Of a DNA stretch of 64,000 bases, positions 1-12,000 are shown in pieces (position 1 is the first letter of the stretch; every line of letters starts with the position of its first letter). The notes under the pieces were generated by a model. The model ran no database searches. It saw only the letters and a list, made by a program, of their open reading frames with translations, and had not been told where the DNA came from. Location of the stretch: positions 1 to 64,000 of IMG/VR virus record IMGVR_UViG_3300044568_003751; one strand, 5' to 3'. Both the position numbers and the translations under genes were made by a program. The stretch is from a virus.

Positions 1-2
1 TT

Positions 3-3000
3 GAAGGCTCGCGAGTTATATTTGCTGCGGATGAAGATGCAGATGTACGCAACAAAATTTACGTGGTCAGTTTTGCCACACCTGATACCATTGCACCGTT
101 GATACCACAACCAATTATTGTGTTGACCGAAGCAGCAGATGGTGCAGTTGAGATAGATGAATCAACAGTATGTATCAACGGTGACACCAGTGCTGGATTT
201 ACGTTCTGGTATGATGGAATTGACTGGATTCAAGCACAACAAAAAACTTCAGTACAACAAGCACCGTTGTTCGACATATACGACACAGATGATGTGAGTT
301 TTGGCGATGCAGTCAAGTATCAGTCTACAGATTTTGTTGGTTCCAAATTGTTTAGTTATGCAGTAGGTGATACAACCATACTTGATCCAGTGTTGCAATT
401 CCCATTACAATATTTGAATATCAACAACGTGGGTGACATTGTGTTCAACAACAATCTCTATGTTGACACATTCACTTTTACCACAGACAATGTCAGCACG
501 GTGACAGCTATCAGTTCAGGTTCCGTAAGACAATATCAAACTCGTACCACATATACCAAGCTTCTTGGCTGGCAAACTGCTATCACTGAACAACAAATTT
601 ATCAACAATTTAAATTTACATACACCCAACAAACTCTTTTGCTGGACATCGCGGTCACTGCTCAAACATCAATTGCGGTGCCAGTAATAAAAATATATGT
701 TGGCAGTCAATTTATTCAACCCAGCAAGTATACCTATACTGTGGGAACGGACAGTACGACCATTGTGTTGAACGACACTTATGTGCCTACTGACATCATT
801 GAAGTGCTTGTGATCAGTGATCAAACCAGCAAAGTTGCATTCTATCAGGTGCCTGATAATTTACAAAATAATCCTCTCAACGAAAACAGTCCAGCATTTA
901 CACTGGGCACAATTCGCACACATTATCAAAGCATTTGCGAAAATCTTTTGGAGTTGACTGGCCCAATCAACGGTGCAAATAACAGTAGAGATCTTGGTAA
1001 TATTATTCCTTACGGTCAAGAGATCCTGCAACAGAGTTCTCCATTGACCTTGGCTGGCTATTTCATGCGCAGTGACAGTTACAATATATTTGCATCATTA
1101 CAATACAACAGTAGAGAATATATCAAATTCAAAGCTCAAATGTTGGACGCAGTGTTGACTCAAAATAACATTGCATTCAAAACCACAGCCACTATTCTTG
1201 ATCAGGCCATTCAAGACATCACGTTGGGCAAATTGGAAAGTCAACCGTTTTACTGGAGTGACATGTTGCCACAAGGTATCACTGCGTACAGCAACAGTTA
1301 CACTGTGGGATTTACCACAATAGCCACATTTGACACTGTGCAGACATACAATTACGCATCAGCAAATTATCTTGGACTTTGTGTATATCTGAATAATGAT
1401 ATTTTGGTTAGAGATCGAGATTATGTTGTGGCCACTGACGGCCCACGATTGACCATATTGGACTCGCTTGCCAGTGGCGATGTAGTAACAATCAACGAAT
1501 ACAGTGCCACTTACGGCAATTTTGTGCCCAACACCCCCAGCAAAATGGGACTGTATCCAAAATACGAACCAGAAATCACAATCTTGGTAACTTCAAACGG
1601 AACCGGTGAATTTATTATCGGACATGATGGAAGCCAAACTCCGGTATTTGGAGACATCAGAGATCAAGTGTTGTTGGAGTTTGAAACAAGAATCTACAAC
1701 AACATCAAACAAGATGATAATCCAGTACCACTCACTATAGAAAATGTTTTGCCAGGACAATTCCGCGACACAGGATATACCTTTGAAGAAATCAATACCA
1801 TCTTTGGTACAGATCTCTTGAGTTATCTTGGCTGGAACAAATTAAACTTCAAAGAACAAACATTCAGTGCCACAAATGAGTTTACCTGGAATTATAGCAA
1901 TACCACCAATCGACTCAACAATGAAAATCTACTGGGTGCCTGGCGCGGCATATATCGCTATTTTTACGACACTCAACAGCCAAGTTATGCTCCTTGGGAA
2001 ATGCTGGGATTCTCCATAGAGCCCACCTGGTGGCAGGATAGCTATGGTCCAGCTCCGTACACTCAAGACAACTTGGTACTATGGGATGATTTAGAAGCCG
2101 GTCTTGTGGCAGATCCTGTGGCTCCTTATTACAAGCCCAACTATGCAAGACCTGGATTGACTTCAGTCATACCCACCGGTGGTGAAGGAGAATTACTCAG
2201 CCCCCAAAACAGTGTGGTGGGCGGTTCTGTGTTGAATCAGAGTCTCAACGCAAAATATCAAAAGAGTTGGGCCATTGGTGATGGTGGACCAGTTGAAGCT
2301 TCCTGGTGGAACAGTTCTTCATATCCGTTTTCTGTCATGCATGTGTTGGCAGTTACTCGTCCTGCCAAGTTCTTTGCACTGTTTGCTGATCGTGATCTTT
2401 ATAAATTCAACGCAGATTACGATCAATACCTTTACAACAATCGCTACCGACTGGATGCCAATGGTATAGAAGTTTATGGTGGAGAATTAAATGCATCAAC
2501 AGGTGTGACAACTCCAGTCAGCAAAGCCAGTTATATCAATTGGATTGTGGACTACAATAGACAAACTGGTGTGGATTCAACCAATCTGTTGACCGCAGAT
2601 CTCAAAAGTTTAGACGTGAGATTGTGTTACAGAATGGCCAGTTATTCTGACAAACAGTATGTGAAATTGGTGACTGAAAAATCCAGTCCCAACAGTGTGA
2701 ACACAACCTTGACCATACCCGATGAAAGTTACAATATATTGTTGTACAAAAATCAACCGTTTGATCAAATCAAGTACAGCAGTGTGGCGGTACAAAAAGT
2801 CAGCGGTGGTGGATATGCAGTGTTTGGATATGGCACCACACAACCCTATTTTGAAATATTACAAAGTCAAGCGGTGGGCAAATTGCAAGAATACAGTTCC
2901 GGCGGCATAACTGTGCGTGTTCCAACTTTCTATACTGACAGTGTGGTGCAGGTTCCTTATGGATTTGTGTTTGTAAATGAAACCGCGGTGAGTGATTTCT

Positions 3001-6000
3001 TGCTTAGCTACGGTAAATTGTTAGAAGATCAAGGATTGACATTCACAGATCAGGTAAATGGATATGTGTTGGACTGGCCACGAATGGTAAATGAATTTTT
3101 ATACTGGAGCCAACAAGGTTGGGGAACCAATTCACTTATCAATTTGAATCCGTTGGCCGGTGGGCTTACTGTGACTCGTGCTGGCGCGGTGGTTGACAGC
3201 ATTGTGACTGAAACAAGTGAAAATTTGTTGTTGGATCAGAACTCAAATGAGATACCAACACGAACACTTAATGTTGTGAGACTTGGAAATACCTTTACTA
3301 TACAACCGTTAAGTACTCAAAGTATCAGTTATGTCAATTTGCGATTTACTAACTTCGAACACATGCTGGTGTTGAGTAATAGGAGCACCTTTGGTGACCT
3401 GATATATGATCCGGTTACTGGTGCACGGCAAAATAGATTGAAGCTGGTGGCGGTGACAACCAATGACTGGAATGGTAGTGTAGATACTCCAGGATTTATT
3501 TTGAATCAAGACAATGTTCAAGAATGGACTGGCCTGCGTGGTTATAGCAAAGGTGAAATTGTCAAGTACAAAAATGTGTATTGGTCAGCATTGACCATAG
3601 TGCAACCCAGTGCTAACTTTGACTTCAACGTTTGGACACAAAGCGACTACAGTCAAATTGAACTTGGACTACTGCCTAATCTGGCCAACAAAGCAGATCA
3701 ACTGGCCAACAGCTACAACATAAATTCAGCCAATATTGAGACAGACAACGATCTTTTGAGTTATGGATTGATTGGATTCAAACCTCGACAGTACCTGGCT
3801 GCATTGAATCTTGATGACGTGAGTCAAGTAAATGTGTATCGACAATTTTTGGGAACCAAAGGTACTCGTCAAGCCACCGATTTATTCAAATCTGCTAATC
3901 TTGGAAAAGAATCTGCAGACTACTCAATCTACGAAAATTGGGCTGTGCAACGGGCTGTGTACGGAGCCAATGCCAACCGTAGTTTCCTTGAACTACGATT
4001 GGATAGAGCATTACTCAGCGCCAACCCAAGCCTGGTTCAAGTGACAGTACCACAACAAGCAAGTGCAGCAGACCAACAGATATTTTTAGAAAATGTATGG
4101 CGCTCAAGCCGTGCTTTGACCAGCACAAGTATTTTACCAACCACAACCGAACTACCCACTGACACAGCCTTACCTGGTGCTGGATATGTGAACCTGGAAG
4201 ACGTTGACATCACGGTGTTCGACATCACAGACACTGCAAGTCTTGCGGCCAACCTTGATTCTATCCAGGTGGGTACCAGTATATGGGTGGCCAAGATCAA
4301 CGACTACGATTGGAACATTTATCGCGCACGATCAGTACCAGGACAAATTCAGCATGTTTGTGACAACTTGAATGGAACCAGCCGGGTAATCTTTAGTGGA
4401 CAGCATGGACTGGTCACTGGTGACAAATTGATTATCAAGGGATTTGATAGCGAAATCAACGGCGTGTATCAAGTGCTTGGTGTTCCCAATCTCAACACTG
4501 TGAACATAGCATTTGCATTTACCAGTGATCGTGCAGTTGCAAATGGCACAGGAATTGGACTTACATTGCAAACCGCGCGGGTAGCACAAGCCAGTGATAT
4601 TGCTCAGTTGCCGTTGGCTCTGGATACATTGCCACTGTCAAAAGTTTGGGTAGATAACAATGGATATTCACTTTGGGAAGTGCTGGAAAAAAACAATGTG
4701 TTCTCAAGTGTGGTAGAATTAAGCCCTGAATTATTGGATGCCAGCGAACAATATGGTGCAAGTGTAGCACAAGCTCAAAACAGATTGGCTGCTTTTGTGG
4801 GTAGTCCGCGTTATGGATTCAGTTCAGGAATTTCAAAAGGCGCTGTTTATGTTTATTTAAAAAGTTTCAGTGATCAATATGTACCGGTAAGCCCACTGGG
4901 CAACGGCGATGCTATACTGACATTGGATGCAACAGGAGTAAGAGGATACGGCAACGCAGTGGATTTTGGCAATCAAAACTGGGCAGTAGCAGGGGCCAGT
5001 GCAAGTTTTGGCGCCGCTGGCCAAGTTGATAATGGATACGCATGTGTGATATTCCGCGACCCAGTGTTGGCAGTTCCTGATTCTATTCCGTTTGCACAAT
5101 GGCAGTTGCTCACACAACCCGCAGGATATGGCACTTTGTTGACTGGCGCAGGTGAATTTGGCTACAGTGTGGCCATGAGTTTGGATGAACGTTGGATGTA
5201 TATCGGAGCTCCAGGTCTAAACAGCGTACATGCCTATGGGTATCATGATTGGCAAAATCAAGTAATCAAAGTCACAGGTGATGGGGTCACTACTGTTTAC
5301 ACCATTGACAACACAATTCAAATCAACAATGACTATCAACTCAAGGTAACCTTGAACGGTCAAGTGCAGACGGTGGTTACTGATTACACTATAGATGCAA
5401 GTTTTAGCACAGTTACCTTTCTTACCACGCCAGGAGTGACTGCAGCAGGCAGTTTTGTTCCTGGACAATCATACTCTATTTTGACTGTGGGAACAACAGA
5501 CTTTGTGGCCATTGGTGCCAGTGCCAACACTGTGGGAGTTGAATTTATAGCTACCGGTACAGGTTCTGGAACTGGCACTGCTCTTGTGCCCACATTGATT
5601 GAATTTTCTCGCTATAACAGTTTTCAAATTCCATACACAGCAGTGACTTACAATCTCGACGATGATATCAACAACGATGGAAACAGAGTTGGATTGTTTA
5701 CTGCTACCAACATATATTCATTTAGTATCACTCTAAATGGTGATTTGTTGCGTCCCAATATTGATTACACGTTTGCAGGAACCACAGTGACATTTATCGT
5801 GGCTCTCACAAGTATTGATATTGTTGTGGTCAACGCCAAGGGATATTTTGAATATGTTGCCACCATTGATTCCAGTTCTGTTACAGGTGGATTAACAGCT
5901 GGTGACAGGTTTGGACAAAGTGTTTCATGTTCTACAGATGGTCGTCAAGTGTTGATTGGCACATCCAATCGCACTATAGATGGAGAAGTTGAAGCAGGCA

Positions 6001-9000
6001 CAGTGTATGTGTTTGATCGCAATGTGCAAAAATTTATTTGTGCAACCACTGCAGCCAACACCAACTTTACAGTGTTGGGTGGCACACCAACTGCTCCAGT
6101 CAGTGTGATAGTGAACAATGAATTTTACATAAATGAAACCGATAGCGTGATTGGAGCTGACAACTCATTCACAACAAATGCAGCCATAGTCACAGTGGCA
6201 GGTACTTTGCAAGTTGGAGATGTGGTTGAAATTGAAACAAATCAATTCCAACAGCAACAGCAAGTTGATCAACATGTGGTTGCAGAATTTTCAAACTTTG
6301 GCCAGGCTGTGGATATGTGCAGTAACAATTGCAGTTTGTATGTGGGTGCGCCACAAAGCAGCCAACAGACTTTTAAAGGTGGTGTGGTTGAACGTTTTGT
6401 TAACCAAAGCCGTGTGTATGGCACCTTGGCCTGCGGCAACCCATTTGGCACATTGACCCCTGGTAATACCCTACGAGTGAACAATCAAGACGTGGTGGTG
6501 CCAGGAGCTTGGTCTTCGGCCACAGCTTATAATGCAAACACAGTGGTTTATAACACCAGCGGCGCCACAACTGTCATTTATGTTTCTCTGCAGTACACTC
6601 CATCTTCTACAATATTAACCAACACAGCCTATTGGTTGCAAGTTGATTCAACCACAGTATCAGCGTCGGTGAGTTATCGTACCTTAGCCGCACAAATCAA
6701 CGCAACTGTTTCTAATGTGATAGCAGTTGTGGATGATCACGGACATCTTACCATATCAACCAAGAACCTAGCTGCGGCGCCTGAATATGACAAATTACAG
6801 ATAGCACCCGGTAGTGTGGGCACTGCATTCCAGACTATTGCATTTGAAACATTTGCATGGACTCAAACAATCACCAGTCCTTATGCTGTGCAATATGCAG
6901 GATTTGGCAGTGCTATCAGTATTGACGACACAGCTATTAATCTTGTGGTCGGAGCACCACGTGGCAGTCTATATCTTGAAACAGAATTTGATGATGGAAC
7001 GACCTTCTTTGATGCTGGTAGTACTATTTTCTTCTCTTTGATAATCCAAAGTGGTGCAATTTATACATTTGACTATTTGCCCAGTAGTTCGTTGGTAGTA
7101 ACTAATCCTGGCCAGTTTGTGTTTGGCCAACAAATCAACAACTCCCAGGTAAGTTCATATGACACGTTTGGTACCTCTGTCAATTACACATCAGGAGTGC
7201 TCATGGCCGGGGCACCCAAAAATGACAACGGCGATAGCGATGCTAATTTTGGTGCTGTGTTTGTGTTTGACAACCCGGACAATTTGCCAGTGTGGACCGT
7301 GATACAGATTCAACAACCCACAGTTGATATACGTCTGTTGAACAGTGTGTTTTTGTATGATAGTATTACCAGCGCAAGAACAAAGTTTTTGGATTTTATC
7401 AACCCATTACAAGGCAAAATACTGGGTGCCGCTCGTGCCAATATTGATTATATTGGTGCAGTGGATCCAGCCGCATACAATGTTGGGGGAGTGAATCTCA
7501 AAGGTACCACGTGGTTTGAGGATCATGTGGGAGAAGTTTGGTGGGACACTAGCACTGTGAGGTTCATTGATCCGAATCAAGATTCAATAGTGTACGCCAG
7601 TCGACGATGGGCTCAGCTGTTCCCAGGAAGTCAAGTGGATGTTTACCAATGGATACGTAGCACAACGCCTCCGTCATTGTACGCAGGCGAAGGCGTTCCA
7701 CAAAACACACTGTCCTACACAGTAAACTCAAATCTGTCCCAAGATGGAACATTTGCCACCTACTATTATTTCTGGGTGCGAGGCATCACAGTCACCGCTA
7801 CACAACTGGGCAAAACATTACCAGCAAGTACAGTGGCATCATATATTGCTGATCCCAAGGCCAGTGGCATTGCTTACCTGGCTCCAATAAATGCCAGTAC
7901 CATTGCACTATACAACAGTGCCGATGACATTGAGGCCAACGACACGGTGATCAGTATTGAGTATGATCGTGAATTGACCACAGACAACGTTCACGTAGAA
8001 TATGAACTAATTCCGCAAGACCGCGCAGATGGATTTTTAAGCGACAGTTTGTATCGTAAACTGCAAGACAGTTTCTGTGGAGTAGACACATTTGGCAATA
8101 AAGTTCCTGATCCCAACCTAGGACCAGCAGAACGTTATGGGGTACAATTCCGGCCGCGCCAGTCTATGTTCATAGACCGTTTCTCAGCATTGGAAAATTA
8201 TTTGGTTCGAGCCAACACCGTGTTGGCCCAATACCCAATTAGCGAAACAAGATCCTTTAGCCTACTAAACAGCAGTGAACCTATTCCAGTTGAGTCAGAA
8301 ACAATCAATGCAGGAAGTTTTGTTGTGGGCAATACCTACACAATTTTCACTGTGGGAACAACAGACTTCACACTTATAGGTGCCGCTTCAAACACTGTGG
8401 GAGTAGAGTTCTTGGCCACCGGTGCAGGCACAGGAACAGGCACGGCTGTGATAACAAATTGGAATCTACAAGTTGCTAACCTAGAACAACTGGGATTCCA
8501 AACTCCAATTTGGTCTAATACCAGTGGACCAATACCATTGGGATACAAATATCTTGTTACCACTGACAGCAGCAATCGTGGTCTATGGACAATTTACACT
8601 GTGCAAAACAGCGATACCTTGGCAAACACAAGAGTATTGACCTTGACAAAACTACAAGGTTTTAACACACCAGATTATTGGAGTTATATCGACTGGTACC
8701 GTCCTGGATACAATTCCAGTACCAAGGTTGTGGCTGAGGTCAACACATATTCAGCTCTGGCAACCTTGACTGTGGCCATTGGCAGCAGCGTCAAAGTCAC
8801 TGCTAACGCACAAGGCAAATTTGAAATTTATTTACTTACCGATCTAGGCTATGAACGAGTGGCACTGGAGGACGGAACAATTGAATTTTCTGAAGAATTA
8901 TGGGACTACGCTGTAGGACGTTTTGGATTTGACGTTGAAGTGTTTGATGCTCAATATTTTGATCAAGAACCAGTAAAAGAAACAAGAAAAATTATTCAAG

Positions 9001-12000
9001 CTATTAATGAAGAATTGTTGATAGACGATCTTGGTGTACAACGCAACAAAGCTCTGGTTTTGATGTTTGACTATGTGTTGAGTGAATCTCTAGCACCAGA
9101 GTGGTTGGTCAAGACCAGTTTGATTGACGTGGATCACAACATAAGACAGTTGATTCCATATCAAAATTACCTGGTTGACAATCAAGAATTTGTAGAAGAT
9201 TATATTCAAGAAGTCAAGCCATATCATGTGAGCGTGAGAGAATTCAATTTGAAATACACTGGATTTGATGAATTTTTTGGAGATATTGCAGATTTTGATG
9301 TGCCGGCCTATTACAACACATCCTTAGAGATACCCAAATTTACCAGTCCAATACTGTTGCCTTATGATCAGGGCACTGCATTTGGTTCGCCAACCAATAT
9401 CGAAAGTGATTTACCAGCAACCAGTGCAGTCTGGACCACCTGGCCCTGGAGTCAGTGGTACAACAATCACCTGTTGCAACTGGACAGTGTCACAGTCATT
9501 TCCGGCGGATCAGGATACACTGAACCACCTGTGGTGATAATCACCGGCGATGCATTGGTACCAGCTCAAGCCACCGCACTGATCAACAGTGCCGGGCAGG
9601 TGGTGTCAGTATCAGTAACCAGTGCAGGTTCTGGATACAGTCAAACACCTGTTGTGACATTTGACGGTGGTAACGGCACGGCTGCTCAAGCCTACGCTCG
9701 AATGACCAATGATCTTGTGAGAAGCATACGCACAGTGATCAAGTACGATCGTTTTCAATATTTTAGTAATGTTCAAACGTGGAGTACAGACGGAACCTAT
9801 CAAGATGGTCAGTTGGTACGCTATGAAAATCGTGTGTGGCAAGCCACATCCGCTGATTCAACAGCAGTGGTTGGCCCGTCGTTTGATCTAGAAGATTGGA
9901 CTGAGATTGCACCTAGTGCACTAACCGGTGTTGATCGTACCATGGGTTATTATCAACCGGGTGTTAATCAACCAGGACTTGAGTTGCCACTCTTGATTGA
10001 CGGAGTTGACTATCCAGGTGTTCAAGTTTATGGAAATTATTTCTCGGGTACCCCATTGGCCTTAGATGCAGTGTACTCCAGTGAATTCACAGACACTGGT
10101 CTAGGAACATTACCCACAGATATCAATGTTGAAGGTGGCGAATTCGTTGGCTTGTATGAAGGTCATGCACCGGAAGAATTAGTGAATGGTGCAGAATTTG
10201 ACACACTTGATTTCCGTGTTTACACACGTCCAGGTGCAGACTGGAACAGAGACGGGCATGGATTCCAATGGAGCACTATTCGTTACACATACGAACCTGC
10301 TATTGCCACTGATTATAGTTGGGCAGGACTTGTAGAAAATCCTGTTCAGGTGCTGGTCAGTAATGTGACCACAGGTCTTGACCTTGCGGTTGATATAGAT
10401 TACACAGTTGATTGGGTCAACCAAACAGTTGCATTGCTCACAGCCGTAGTGGAAGATGTTTTCCAAATCAGCGTGTATGAACTGGGCGGTGGAAGTCAAT
10501 TGTATCGTGAAAATTACATTGGTGGAGACATTGGAGAAACTGTGGTGGTTCCTGTAAACTCGGCAGAAATTACCAGTATTGCTGTGTTTGTTAATGGTGA
10601 GAATGTTGGCAGTGTGACCTGGGAACCCTATGCCGACAGCACTGTCTGGAACACCGCCAACAGTTACAACAAATTAGCGGTGGTGAATAACAATGGTGAT
10701 TATTACCGTGCGTTGCAAGATGTACCGATTGGCACTGCAATCTCCAACACATTGTACTGGTTTGAATTTGTTCCGGCCCAGCAAAGTCTAGTGGATTTTG
10801 GCACAGAGTATGGTGCCACAGACGGCGTGGCCATTGTGGTTTTTGGTACTTATACCGTTGATGCCGGCAACTTTGTGATTGGAAAATCATACACGATTAC
10901 CACTATTGGTACCACTAACTGGGTCTCTATTGGGGCGTCATCTGCCGCAGTAGGTGTGAGTTTTGTGGCCACTGGCACAGGAACTGGCACAGGGCAGGCA
11001 TCTAGTGCATACTCATGGTCAACCCCACAAACACAAATTGTCATAGTGAATGCTGACACAGCTGCATCGAAAAATATCACCATGACCAATAGTGTGCAAG
11101 GATCCAATCCTGCCAATGCTGTGGTCACACGCAATGGTTTGAGATTGAGACCACCGGCTGGAATTGAATGGATTGGAGATGATTCTACTATCGGTAGTTA
11201 CCCATTACCACAACGTCTTGGATTCAGCCAGTCGTTAATTTTTGCCCCCAGTGAAGTTAGTGTGTGGGTAGATAACATTTTGCAAAATCAAATTGTGGGA
11301 CCTAGCCCCGGTACATACACAGTCACTGCCTATGATGGCACCGAAACTCGTGAAGTTTTATTTGTTACACCGCCACCTAGCGGATCAAGAATATTAATTT
11401 CTGTGTCAACTTTGGCAGATTATGTGATTGTGGGTGAGCAATTACAAATCACTGCTACTGTAAACATCAACGATGTGTTTGCAATAACCACCTGGAACGA
11501 TACTGCTCAACAATTTCCTTTGACCTTGGTTTTTGTTGGACCGGTAACTCAAGGATTCACAGTCACAGAAGGATATGACAACACAGTTTATGATCCATTG
11601 TTTGTTGATGGCGCTGGGACAGGAACCTACCCAGCTGGACAATTTATAATAGGTAACACTTATACTATTTTAACTGCTGGAGATACTGACTTTGTTGCCT
11701 TAGGTGCTGCCAATAACATTCCAGGAACTGTGTTTATTACAACCGGTATTGGTTCTGGCACAGGAACTGCCACCGGAACCACCACTGTTAGAAGTTCTGC
11801 AACTGATGCTTTTAATAATACAGCTGGATCATATGATTTTTCAATAGGTGTTTCTGAAAACATCAATGATTTTTATCTGCAAAGAAGTTTCAACAATGCC
11901 AGTCGACTATGGGTAACACTGGATGGAGAAAGACTGTTTGAGGGAGTGGATTACACTGTGCAAGGTGACTATTTGGTCCTAGCCAGTGGTGTAATTGGAC

